From a virus, in the IMG/VR virus record IMGVR_UViG_3300033004_000001, positions 1 to 64,000 of that record: a DNA stretch of 64,000 bases. The stretch is one strand, 5' to 3'. The position numbers and the translations under genes were made by a program. Under the pieces are notes generated by a model. That model was not told the origin of the DNA and searched no databases. It saw only the letters and a list, made by a program, of their open reading frames with translations. Below, in pieces: positions 30,088 through 41,600 of this stretch; position 1 is the stretch's first letter; every line of letters begins with the position of its first letter.

Positions 30088-33000
30088 TGGCAAATAATAG
30101 ATATCAAGCTACAAATACTTTCTCTGGAGGTATGAATTCTGATGCTGATAAATCATTAGTAGGAAAGAACCAATATCTATATGCAGAGAATTTTAGATTA
30201 TTTGGTGATTCTGCAAACTCTATAGGATCACTAGAAAATGTTATTGGAAATACTGAACTAACTACATTAAATTCTTATATTCCATCTGGATACTATATTT
30301 GTGGAAGTGGTAATATTAGAGATGATTTATATTTATGTGTTACACAGAATACCTCTGCAGGACAAACTGGATATAGTAAAGTATTAAAAGTAGTATTTAA
30401 TTCTACTGGAACTGCTGTATCTTCTGTAACTACTGTATATAATGATCAATTTTCAATTGATGGTTCTAGACTAAAATGGAATAATCTTCCAGCTTATAGA
30501 GTTAAAATAGTAGGAAGATATGAATCAGCAACTATACAAAAATTATATTTTGTTGATGGATATAATCCAGTTAGAAGTATGAATGTAGTTAGTGTATCTT
30601 CTACTTCTCCAGTGAATAAATTTGATCTAATTCCTAATTTTAACATTAGTGCTCCAGCATTTTCATCATTTGGAACTGGAGTATTAACTTCTGGAAGGAT
30701 TCAATATGCTTATCAAATGTATGATTTAAATGGAGCAGAAACATTATTTTCTCCTACATCTAGTCTTATATCTATAAGTACTTTTTCTGGACAAACTGGA
30801 AGTAATAAAACATTTAAAGGATCTGATGTAGATATAAATACAAATAAAGGAATTAGAATATCTATATTACCTCCATCTGGATTTAGTAGAATAAGAGTAG
30901 TATCAATTAAATATAGATCTCTTAATTCAGTTCCAGTTATAAGTATAATAGCAGATCAAAATATTAGTACTACTCCTTCAACTACATATTTTTATGATAC
31001 TGGAGTATCAAATCTTGGATCATATACATATGAAGAATTTGCAGTAGTTGGTAGAGGAGTATTTATTGGTAGTGAAATAGAAGAAAAGAATAACTATTTA
31101 TTTGTTGGAAATACAGTAGATGAGAGTTGGGATGTAGATTTCGATGCTAGAGCATATAGATTTGTTAGTTCTACTGCTACCGGAACTCTAACTTCTGGAC
31201 ATGCTGCTATATTTGATAGTGGAACTTGGGGAGCAAATAACTGGTATAATATATATAATAACTATAAAATAGGTGGAACTACAGAAGTTCCTGATACATA
31301 TGACTGTCTTAATCCTTATAATGATATTAGTCTAGATACTCAACAAAGAAGAGATAATTCTCCAGGATATGTACATTTATATAATTTTAAGTATAAAGTA
31401 GATGGTACTACTTTAGGAGGTTCTGGTAAGTATGTAAGTTATACATTTAGACAAGATCATGAGATTCCTATAAGTGATACTGGTACTAATTATGGAGAAG
31501 ACTTCTGTTATAATACTGATTATAGTAATGCTACTGTAGAAGTTACGTATACTGGATATCAAAGAGATGAAATATATAGATTTGGATTAATATTCTATGA
31601 TGAAAAAGGACGTCAATCTACTGTTAAATGGATTGGTGATATAAGAATGCCATATTATGGGGATGCTTATTCCCCAGATGAAGAATATGAAATAGGTCCT
31701 TCTAACTGGGCTCCAAGTTTTGTATCTGGTACTACAATCTATGCTAGACCATTAGGAATAATATTTACTGTAGATACTACAACTGCTTATTCTCAAGGTG
31801 CCAGATATTTTAAAATAGTTAGAGCAGAAAGAAAAGTTGGAGATAGAAATATATTAGCTCAAGGATTAACTCCTACTACTATATTATATAATGATGGTAG
31901 TGGATTAAGTTATAGAGGATTTGTTATACCATATACTGGAACTACTACAGTTGGAGGAATAACTAAACAACCTACAGTATTAGAATTTATATCTCCTGAG
32001 ATTAATTTTAATAAGAATCTAGAAGTTAATACTAGTAGTGATACTATAGAATATATAGGATATGGTACTAATCAATATCAATATGATAACTTTTCTAAAT
32101 CTAGTGTGACTGTAGGAACGTTACCATCTGGTACTAATTATTCTCATACTATGAAGTATGGAGGTCTTACAACTGCAGTTTCTTCAGCGAGATACACTAA
32201 GATAACTCCTTTAACTTCTGGATTGATATTTGGAGTACCAACAAAAACTGTAAATTATACATATTTAGATGGAGTTAATTTAACTGGAGTAACTTATAAG
32301 GTACTAAATGGAGTAGAAACTACAATGACTGGTAGTGGAAGTAGTAGTCATTTTGCTATAGGAGGTACTAAACTAATACTTAAAACTACTAATTCTATAT
32401 CTAATTTTTCAACATCTAGTTATGCATCTTTCTATTGTAACTATAAAAGAAGTGTATTCAATAGTCAGTATGGAGGTAATACATATGCAGCTAGGCAATT
32501 TACTCCATATATAGATTGTGGATTAGTACAAACATGCTATCATCCTGGAACTTTATATCCGTATACATATGTTTTCAATGTATATGGAGGAGATACTTAT
32601 ATAGATATGTTTGATTATTTGAGGAATATAGTAACTGGAGATGTTCCAACTACTAGAAGAACTCAAGTAATTATGTATTTTCCAGTAGAAACTTCTATTA
32701 ATTTAAGATATAGGGAGGATGATTGTTTTAGTAAAACTGTAGATACTACTAATCATGATAAAGTATTATTACAAGAAATAGCTGGTTCGTATGTATCTAT
32801 ATTAGTTCCTGGAACTAATATAAGTTATACTCAATTAACTGATCTATATAAATATAATTCTGTATATTCTCAACCTAATAATACTCTATCGTATTTTCCA
32901 AAATCTAGTTTAATTACAACTGGAGATGTAATACATGATAATAGAGTTATGGTATCAGATCTAAAGATTAATGGAGAAGCTGTTGATAGTTGGACTATAT

Positions 33001-34058
33001 TTAAATTAGATAACTTTCTAGATGTAGATTCAAGATATGGTAAGATAACTACTCTATTACATAAGGATAATTATCTTTATTTCTGGCAACCTAAAGCTTT
33101 TGGGGTACTATCAGTAGCTCAGAGATCATTAGTACAAGATAATAATCAAGGACAATTAGTTATAGGTACTGGAGGAATATTAGATAGATATGATTATATA
33201 TCAACTAGTGAAGGATGTAGTACTAGATTTTCAGTTGTACAAGGATTAAGAGGACTATATTGGTTTGATAATAACAATAGTGGATTCTACAGATATGGAG
33301 GAAATGGAGTACAATCATTATCTATAACAAAAGGAATTAATAATCTTACTAAAAAATCTATAACATTAGAAAGAGAGAGTATATCAGGATTTGATAAACT
33401 ATATAATGAAGTATTATTTAGTCTTCCTACTGCTGAAACTACCCTTGTATTTAATGAAATATTTGATTCATTTAATGCTGTATATACTTTTGATGCTAAT
33501 TTGTTTATAAAAGCTAATGGAAGTATAAATATATTATCTACTAATAGAGATAGTAAAGATTATTTATATATGCATAATACTGGAGCTAGAACTAATTTCT
33601 ACGGAAGTGATTATCAACCATTGATTAGATTTATAGTTAATGATCATTATGATAAAACAAAGGTATTTGATGGATTACAATTCCAATCTGTTTCTATAGA
33701 TTCATCTAATATAAATCAAATTTATGATACATTTGGAGTAATAAGAGTTTATAATGATTGGCAAAACTCAGATACTCAAAACATTTATACGTCTGGTCCG
33801 TATAAGAATATTAATAGACCAGAGAGAGAATTCATTTTAAACATTCCTAGAAATATAGTTGATGTAGATCCTACAAGTAATCCTGATATCTTTTCTGTTA
33901 TTAATTTAGATAGTTCAAAACTATTTAAAGAACGTATGAGAGATAAATATATTATTGTAGAATTATATTATACTACTTCTTCAGAAGATAATTATTCTTT
34001 TAGTGTTCCTTATATAACTACTAATTATAGGATATCTAGAAGCCAACAACAAATATAA
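30087..34058 (+). CDS. Tail stabilisation / muzzle protein (P22 gp10-like)
   Basis: NTFSGGMNSD start, Y.RDEIYRFG, GGDTYI, DSW..F, VDSRYGKI, RMRDKY. Confidence 0.88.
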   Translation: MANNRYQATNTFSGGMNSDADKSLVGKNQYLYAENFRLFGDSANSIGSLENVIGNTELTTLNSYIPSGYYICGSGNIRDDLYLCVTQNTSAGQTGYSKVLKVVFNSTGTAVSSVTTVYNDQFSIDGSRLKWNNLPAYRVKIVGRYESATIQKLYFVDGYNPVRSMNVVSVSSTSPVNKFDLIPNFNISAPAFSSFGTGVLTSGRIQYAYQMYDLNGAETLFSPTSSLISISTFSGQTGSNKTFKGSDVDINTNKGIRISILPPSGFSRIRVVSIKYRSLNSVPVISIIADQNISTTPSTTYFYDTGVSNLGSYTYEEFAVVGRGVFIGSEIEEKNNYLFVGNTVDESWDVDFDARAYRFVSSTATGTLTSGHAAIFDSGTWGANNWYNIYNNYKIGGTTEVPDTYDCLNPYNDISLDTQQRRDNSPGYVHLYNFKYKVDGTTLGGSGKYVSYTFRQDHEIPISDTGTNYGEDFCYNTDYSNATVEVTYTGYQRDEIYRFGLIFYDEKGRQSTVKWIGDIRMPYYGDAYSPDEEYEIGPSNWAPSFVSGTTIYARPLGIIFTVDTTTAYSQGARYFKIVRAERKVGDRNILAQGLTPTTILYNDGSGLSYRGFVIPYTGTTTVGGITKQPTVLEFISPEINFNKNLEVNTSSDTIEYIGYGTNQYQYDNFSKSSVTVGTLPSGTNYSHTMKYGGLTTAVSSARYTKITPLTSGLIFGVPTKTVNYTYLDGVNLTGVTYKVLNGVETTMTGSGSSSHFAIGGTKLILKTTNSISNFSTSSYASFYCNYKRSVFNSQYGGNTYAARQFTPYIDCGLVQTCYHPGTLYPYTYVFNVYGGDTYIDMFDYLRNIVTGDVPTTRRTQVIMYFPVETSINLRYREDDCFSKTVDTTNHDKVLLQEIAGSYVSILVPGTNISYTQLTDLYKYNSVYSQPNNTLSYFPKSSLITTGDVIHDNRVMVSDLKINGEAVDSWTIFKLDNFLDVDSRYGKITTLLHKDNYLYFWQPKAFGVLSVAQRSLVQDNNQGQLVIGTGGILDRYDYISTSEGCSTRFSVVQGLRGLYWFDNNNSGFYRYGGNGVQSLSITKGINNLTKKSITLERESISGFDKLYNEVLFSLPTAETTLVFNEIFDSFNAVYTFDANLFIKANGSINILSTNRDSKDYLYMHNTGARTNFYGSDYQPLIRFIVNDHYDKTKVFDGLQFQSVSIDSSNINQIYDTFGVIRVYNDWQNSDTQNIYTSGPYKNINRPEREFILNIPRNIVDVDPTSNPDIFSVINLDSSKLFKERMRDKYIIVELYYTTSSEDNYSFSVPYITTNYRISRSQQQI

Positions 34059-36829
34059 TGAAAAAAAGAATAAGAGTAAAGAGATATCAAACTGGAGGTA
34101 ATCTCAACTATTTAAATAGTGATCCTCAGTTTACTAATCAGATTCAACCTTTGATACAACAACAGCAACAGGCTGGACAGTATGGAACTCAACCTGGTCA
34201 ATTTAATCAGTATATGAATAAAGCTGGTAAATTTGGTGGAGCTTTAGGAACTGGATACTATGCTAGTCAGCAACCTAGTAATCTACCAAGTGCTCAGGGA
34301 GAACAAGGATATAATACTGCTATGGCAGGAGTATCTCAAGCTGGACCTATTGGAGGGGTTATTGGAGGAGTTAGTGCTATAGGAGATGCTATAGGAAAAC
34401 CTATTAGAGCTCATGCAGAACGTACAGATGAAAATACTGGAGGTTATGCTAATATAGGACAAGCTAGACGTACAGCAGTTGTTGGAGCTATGTTTAATCC
34501 TTTTAAAGCTTTGATGGAACATCCTAACTATAAGAAGTTAGATCAGAAAATGAAGTATAATAAGCAAGTTGGTGATTGGAGTAATTCATTAAATACTAGA
34601 GGATCTCAACCTCAGTATAATTATAATCCTACATTTGCTGCAGGAGGAGATTATCCTGGAGTACCAATGAGGATGTATCAAGCTGGAGGAGAATTAGTTG
34701 CTCCTAGAGATGAGATGAGGACAGCAGGAAGTTATGGTAGAGTAGCTCGTTATATAAATAGTATTGGTAATATTAATGATCCTAGATTGTATCAGTCTCC
34801 AGATAGTATAGGACAATATATGACAGTATTACTTAGACCTAAATTAGAAGATAGAGATAAAGATAAAGGATATGTAAATACTTTATCTCAAGCTTATGTT
34901 AATAATTGGAATAAAAAGTTTGGTAAACAATTAGGATATTTTCATGATCCTAATAGACCATCAGTAGGAATAGGATTTGAAAAGGATTCTCCTGAATATA
35001 AGAAGTTATTAATTCAGTATGAAAATGAAAATAAGAAACTAAAACCATCTGGGGTTAGAGCTATTGGAGATAGTGCTTCTGCAGGAATTGGAACTAGTCA
35101 ATATCCATATGGAGGATACCATACTAATTATGGTGGTAATGCTGAATTAGAAGATGATGAAATCTTTCGTACACCTGATGGAGATATGGAAAAAGTAAAT
35201 GGTAGATCTCACGCTCAAGGTGGAGAGAACTATAATCTTCCACAAAATACTGAAATTCTTGGTAAGAACAAAGCTCCTAATGGAAAGTCTTATAAAGAGA
35301 ATGGAGATAGATTAATGAGGCAGTTCAATAAGTATACTAAGATATTAGAAGATAAACCTACAGCATTAGCTAAGAATACTGCTAACTTAATGTTAAAGAA
35401 AGTTCATGAAAATTATACTGATTTAATGAATCAACAAGAGATGGAAAAATATTATATGACTCCAGAAGAGGAAATGGAATATGCTTGTGGAGGAATTGTA
35501 CCTCAATTTAAAGGAGGTGGATGGATAAAGAAAGCTGCTGCTTCTATTAAACGTAGAGGTACTAAAGGTAAATGTACTCCTATTACTAAACCTGGATGTA
35601 CCGGACGTGCCAAGGCACTAGCTAAGACATTTAAGAAAATAGCTAGAAATAGGAAAAAGCATGATGATGGTGGATTAATAAACGAAACTGGATATCTACA
35701 AGGCTATCCTTCAGATAATAATCCTATGAATATTATTCCATCTAACTATATTACTACTAATGGGATGTCTAGACCTATATCTGCAATGAGCGATACTGGA
35801 GACTATCAAAACTTATATCCTAATACTGGTAATTATGCATTTGGTGGAAACTATGTTATGGAGAAACCATTGATGGCTCAAGGAGGATATACAGATTATG
35901 AATATAGACCTTTAGTATATCAAGATGGAGGTGATGTATATCTTAATAAACAACCTAAATATAGAGGATTTATATCTCAACAAGATGCTAATACTGCTAA
36001 GGATTTCTTTGGTAATGATGTTAATGATATAATGGAAACTAGACAGGGTACTCCAGGAATGTTACAACCTAGAGGAATTGGACCATCTGGAATGCCTAAT
36101 CCTATACAAGGTACTATTGGAAAGTATCAATTATCTGGAAGTCAACAGCCTCAATATGGACCAGGACAAGAACATACTAGATTTATAGATCAAGCTCCAG
36201 ATAAATGGTATAATCAAGCTATTGATACTGCTGGACAATATGCTCCTATTGCTTATAATATGTATCAAGGATTATTTGGTAAACCTGAACATATGAATCC
36301 TCAGGATTATTATAATCCTTATGAGAATCAAGTTATGAGTTTAATGAGGAGTAGAAGATATAATGTTGAACCAGAATTAGAAGCTAATAGATTAGCTGCT
36401 GCTGATTATTATCAGAATCTTAGACAAGGAGCTCCATCACAAGGACGTTATTTAGCTGGATTACAAGCTGGACAAACTGGTAGACAGAGAGCTGATGCTG
36501 AAGCTTATGCTAGAAAGCAGAATATAGATAATCAGTATATTGGAGAAGAAGCTTCTACATTAGGTGGATTTGGTTCACAAAGAGCAGGAATGAATTTTCA
36601 AGTTGCAGATATTAATGCTGCTAATAGAGCTGCTCAAAGAAGGTATTTACCAACTGCATTATCTCAATTACAGCAACAAACTCAGATGAACAAGATAATG
36701 AGAGAGAAGAAGAGATTAGCAATGAATCAAGCTTTAACAGATGAGGAACGTCAGAGACTTTATATGGAAGCTTTCAAAGGATATAACTTTGCTAAACGAA
36801 TTAATCCTATAACTGGAGAGGAGATTTAA
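34058..36829 (+). CDS. Virion cargo (ejection) protein 1
   Basis: Gln/Gly-rich, repeated [YF]xxGG motifs, AELEDDE...GRSHAQGG, hydrophobic Gly-rich segment; follows muzzle. Confidence 0.75.
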   Translation: MKKRIRVKRYQTGGNLNYLNSDPQFTNQIQPLIQQQQQAGQYGTQPGQFNQYMNKAGKFGGALGTGYYASQQPSNLPSAQGEQGYNTAMAGVSQAGPIGGVIGGVSAIGDAIGKPIRAHAERTDENTGGYANIGQARRTAVVGAMFNPFKALMEHPNYKKLDQKMKYNKQVGDWSNSLNTRGSQPQYNYNPTFAAGGDYPGVPMRMYQAGGELVAPRDEMRTAGSYGRVARYINSIGNINDPRLYQSPDSIGQYMTVLLRPKLEDRDKDKGYVNTLSQAYVNNWNKKFGKQLGYFHDPNRPSVGIGFEKDSPEYKKLLIQYENENKKLKPSGVRAIGDSASAGIGTSQYPYGGYHTNYGGNAELEDDEIFRTPDGDMEKVNGRSHAQGGENYNLPQNTEILGKNKAPNGKSYKENGDRLMRQFNKYTKILEDKPTALAKNTANLMLKKVHENYTDLMNQQEMEKYYMTPEEEMEYACGGIVPQFKGGGWIKKAAASIKRRGTKGKCTPITKPGCTGRAKALAKTFKKIARNRKKHDDGGLINETGYLQGYPSDNNPMNIIPSNYITTNGMSRPISAMSDTGDYQNLYPNTGNYAFGGNYVMEKPLMAQGGYTDYEYRPLVYQDGGDVYLNKQPKYRGFISQQDANTAKDFFGNDVNDIMETRQGTPGMLQPRGIGPSGMPNPIQGTIGKYQLSGSQQPQYGPGQEHTRFIDQAPDKWYNQAIDTAGQYAPIAYNMYQGLFGKPEHMNPQDYYNPYENQVMSLMRSRRYNVEPELEANRLAAADYYQNLRQGAPSQGRYLAGLQAGQTGRQRADAEAYARKQNIDNQYIGEEASTLGGFGSQRAGMNFQVADINAANRAAQRRYLPTALSQLQQQTQMNKIMREKKRLAMNQALTDEERQRLYMEAFKGYNFAKRINPITGEEI

Positions 36830-36831
36830 TA

Positions 36832-38673
36832 ATGGCTATTTCAAGATATGACCAACCTGCTCAATCTAATGCTTTAGATACTTTTGTTAATACTTACGTT
36901 CCAATTCCTTTTGAAGAAATGATGAAAGTTGGGATGATGAAGAAACAACAAGAGGATCAAGGATTTGAGAATCTAGCTAAAACTTACGAAGATACTCATA
37001 ATCTTAAATATATATCTGGATCTGAGGATGAAAAATATATCAAACAACATGTATTACCAACTTCAGAAGATATATTTAATAGATATGCTAATCAAGATTT
37101 GAGTGATCCTGTTGTTCAACGTAAGATGAGAATGGAATTTAATTCTAAGATTGATAGAAATAGAATTAGAGATATTCAAAGTTCTTATGAAGGATGGCAA
37201 AACTATTTAAAAGATAATGCTAAATTAAAGATGGAGGGTAAGGCATCTCCATTTGAAGAAGATCCATCTAGAGGATGGGATAGTAGTAAGCATGGAGTAT
37301 TTACTAAATCACCTGAAGCTTATAATGATCCTATCAAAGAGATAAGAGAAAATCTATTTGCTCCAGTACATGATAGTACTTTAAAGAGTATTAATCTTGG
37401 AGAAGGTAATATAGAAGTAATGAGTGGAGTTAATCAAAAAATGATTGATGATATTACTGTAAAGAATTTACCTAACTACTTACGTAATAATACTGGAAGG
37501 AATGCTATCAAAGAGTTTAGAGCTAGTACAGGATTAACTGAAGATCAAGCTAGTGATGCTAAGATATTAGCAATGGCATTTAGAGCTGCTGGAGAACCCT
37601 ATCTAAGACAGAATCAAAAGATTGAACATATGCAGAGACCTAGACCTGATAAGAATAAAGGTACTAAACCAATGTTTTCTAATGCATCTAATACTCAATC
37701 ATTAAAGAATACAGATAGAGTTACGATAGGTAAAGAATATATAGGAGTTAATCTTAATGAAGCTGATGATCCAGTTAAGATGATGAAATCTGGACATTAT
37801 AATGAGAAAGGAAATCTTAAGATTAATGTTCCTAGTACTACTGGTGAAAGTATTAAAGATATTTGGGAGGATATAAAAAAGTCTATTAGTACTGGAAAAA
37901 TGGATACAGGAACAGAACAAGTAGGTTATGCTGATATATCAAAATTAGCACAAAATTATAATAATCAAAGAACTATAATTAATAGTATTAAAGAATCAAA
38001 TCCAGAATTAGCAAATTCTTCAGATATCGAAGTAATGGGTGCTTATGCTAAAGCTTATAAAAATGCTGAGAATGTAGATTATAATGTATATTTATATCCT
38101 AATGATTCTAAGAATAATGTAGCAAAAGATATGACTGACTTAATAACTAAAGATTTAGGAGGTAGATTGTTATATAGTGCTCAAACTGGAAAACATGCAG
38201 GAGAACCAATTAATACTATAGATGATATATTTAAGAAACTAAATGTACCAAAAGCAGATAGAAAAAGATCAAATATATCTGTTAGTGGAGCAGTACCTGC
38301 AAAGAATGCTTATAAGGCTAGTATAGCAGCTAGTGATGGTCCACATGATTTCTTAGTATCTACTAATCAAAGAGAACAACACGCTTTCAAACTTGTAGAA
38401 GATGCTAATAGATTAGCTAATAATGGAATTCTTGGAGATAAACCATTGGTTTATAAAGATGAAAATGGTAATATTACAGATAAATATACAATTAGAACTC
38501 ATATAGATATGAATGGTCCTAGGGGTCCAGAATTTGTTTCAGATATAGTTATGGGTAATAAAGCAATGTCGTTGAATGAATTAGAATATAGATCTGCACA
38601 TTCATTAGAAGTACCAGATAACTCACCAGATAATACACAACCTGAAAATATAACTTATTCAGATGCCGAATAA
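36832..38673 (+). CDS. Virion cargo (ejection) protein 2
   Basis: SRYD...NTYVPIPF N-terminus typical of this crAss gene; synteny. Confidence 0.7.
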   Translation: MAISRYDQPAQSNALDTFVNTYVPIPFEEMMKVGMMKKQQEDQGFENLAKTYEDTHNLKYISGSEDEKYIKQHVLPTSEDIFNRYANQDLSDPVVQRKMRMEFNSKIDRNRIRDIQSSYEGWQNYLKDNAKLKMEGKASPFEEDPSRGWDSSKHGVFTKSPEAYNDPIKEIRENLFAPVHDSTLKSINLGEGNIEVMSGVNQKMIDDITVKNLPNYLRNNTGRNAIKEFRASTGLTEDQASDAKILAMAFRAAGEPYLRQNQKIEHMQRPRPDKNKGTKPMFSNASNTQSLKNTDRVTIGKEYIGVNLNEADDPVKMMKSGHYNEKGNLKINVPSTTGESIKDIWEDIKKSISTGKMDTGTEQVGYADISKLAQNYNNQRTIINSIKESNPELANSSDIEVMGAYAKAYKNAENVDYNVYLYPNDSKNNVAKDMTDLITKDLGGRLLYSAQTGKHAGEPINTIDDIFKKLNVPKADRKRSNISVSGAVPAKNAYKASIAASDGPHDFLVSTNQREQHAFKLVEDANRLANNGILGDKPLVYKDENGNITDKYTIRTHIDMNGPRGPEFVSDIVMGNKAMSLNELEYRSAHSLEVPDNSPDNTQPENITYSDAE

Positions 38674-41600
38674 TAAACAACAGGCTCAACAGGAACCTAC
38701 TCCATCTTGGGCATTACAACGAAATAGACCAACTTATAATACTGTAACAGGAGAATTCTCTCCTGTTAGTTCTTTATTGGATAAAGATGAACATGAAAGA
38801 ATAAAGAAGATTCCATTTACTGGAGGTAATGCTGCAACTTATTTAGGTGATGCTGGAGAATCTGTTTATGACAAAAATTTAAGTAGACAGAATATAGATC
38901 TTAAAGATGAGTTTAGAGGACAGAATCAACCTGCTATGGCGAAGCTTGGTGCTGGATTAGCTAAAGCATTGATTACTACTGGGACTACTGCAGCTGATGG
39001 AATAATTGGTACAGCTGTAGGATTAGGTAATATGGCTGTTGAACAGAAAGGATCTGCATTTTGGGATAATCCATTTACTAATTGGATGAATGATATTAAC
39101 AATAGTGCAGAAAAATGGTTTCCAAGTTATTATACAGAACAAGAAAAGAATGCTTCATTCATAGGACAATTAGGTTATGCTAACTTTTGGGGTGATAAAT
39201 TTCTAAAGAATTTAGGATTTGTTGCTGGTATGGTTCTAGATGGAGTTATTACTGGTGGTGCTTCAATGGAAGCTTTAGGTGGTAAAGCTATTGCAGCTAA
39301 GTTACCAGAGGCTATAGCAAATGCTGCTTTAAAAGGATCTGAAGCTTTAGCTACTGCTAGTAAAGCTGGTGATATGATAGGATTAACTTCAGAGATAATA
39401 AATAATGCTAAACAATTAAATAGAATTAACAAGATATCTCAAGGAGTTAGTAGCATATTATCTGCTCAAGGTATGTCTAGATTTATGGCTTTAGATGATG
39501 CTAATAGATTCTATACTGAAAATTATCAGAAGTTACAACAGCAAATGCAAGATGGTAAGATAGGATTAGAAGATTATAATCTTAAAATGGCATCATTAAA
39601 GAAAGCTTCTGAAGGATATGGTAATGCTGACTTCTTAGCTAATGTAGTTGTATTAGGATTATCTAGTGGAATACAGTTTAAGAATTTATTTACTAAAGGA
39701 TTTACTCCATCAGAAACTATTGCTAAAGGAATTGTTGGATCTGTAGAAGCTGGATATACTTATGAACGTCCAGTTATTCAACATGCTGCTAAAATTGCTA
39801 AGAATATATTAGCAGAGTCTGGAATGTTTCAAGAACAATATGCTGCTTCAGTAGCTACTAGTGATTTTTATCAAAAGAAATTTGATGGAAAGAAACAAGA
39901 TAAGATTGATGATATTTATCATTCTATTTATAAAGGGTTAGTTGATGCTTATGGAAGTAGAGAAGGATGGAATCAAGGACTACTTGGATCAGTTATAGGA
40001 TTAATTGGCGTACCTACTATTTCTAGTAAAGGATTAGATTGGGGTGGAGGTATTAGAGGAGATATTAAAGAGGTTAGAGAACAAAACGCAGCTAATCAAG
40101 AAGCTGCTAGACGTCTTAATGAAGTTCTTAAATCTGATGATTTTAAGAATAATTATCAATCATTAATTAGAAATTTATCATTAGAAGATGAAAAGAATGA
40201 AGCTGCAGCTAAGGGAGATAAGTTTGAAGTTCTTAATAAACAACATGATCAATTTATAAATGATGCTTTACAATTCATTAGGGCTGGAAGATATGAAGAC
40301 TTTCAAAATAATATTAAATTTATAAGAAATTCTAATGCTGAAGAAGTTAAACAGTTATTTAAAACTAAGACAAATGAAGATGTTACTAGAGAACTGTATG
40401 GATTAAAACCTAAAGCTTTAGAAGGACATGTGTTTGAGAAATATACAGCAGATGAGATAACTGATAAACTTAATGAGAATGCTAATAAGATGCTTTCAAA
40501 TGCTAAGACTATAAAAGATTTATATGACGCATATTCTGTAAAGTATCCTGGAATATCTGAAGATGCTAAAGAGTTATTAATATATACTGCATCTAAGCTA
40601 GAAGATATAAATGAACGTCTTAATGATATTAATAAAGAATCTATTAATAAATTTGGATTAGATATTAACAATTATATCAAACTTAAGAAAGACGGAAATA
40701 TAGATTTATCTTCTGTAGCAGAAGGTATGGAAGAGTATCAAAAGCATTATGATCAAGTAATAAAAGAACAAGAATTATCTGGTAGGTTTAATCCTGTAGA
40801 TGTTGAAAACTTTGAAAGAAATTTTCAAGACTTTCCAAAATTAATTATTACTAAAGCAGATTTTATAGATTTATATAGACAGAATATAACTGCTAAAGGG
40901 CCAGAGAAAGTACAAGAGACTATTAACAAAGCAGATGAAGAAAGAAAGACTGTAGAAGGAACTGCTGTAATTGAACCTATGCCTGATGATTTAGTCACTT
41001 ATACTAATACTGATGGAGAAACTAATGTATATAAAATTAATCAAATTGATGAGAATGATAATGTAACTTTAACTCCTACTGATACTGAAGGTGTACCAAC
41101 TGGTGAGGCAGATATAATAGTTACTAAGAATGATATCAAATTATATCAAAAAGAAGGAAAAGGTAAAGAAGAATTAAGTAAAACTGAACCTGTAAATGAA
41201 AGTGAAACTACAACGGTTCCAAATAAAGAATTCTATCCTGAACATGGTAGAGGTCTTAGAGATGCATCTGTATCTATATCACATTCTCATTGGGATGGAA
41301 AGTTAGGTAAGACAGTAATTAGAAATGAAGATTTTGATAAGTATATATCTTCACCAAAGAATGATATAACTAAAGATAAAGTTCAGTTTCGTATTGATAC
41401 TGGTACTGAAGATGAATATAAAAGTAGTTTATGGAGACTTCATAAGAAGATTAAAGCTAAGTTAGACAAAGGAGAAACGTTTACTGAGAAGGAAATTAGT
41501 GATATAGTTAATTCTAGAAGAACTACTGAAGATAGAGATGAATATAATTCTATAGTTGATACATTACCAATTAAAATAGATTATATTACTAAAGATGGTG

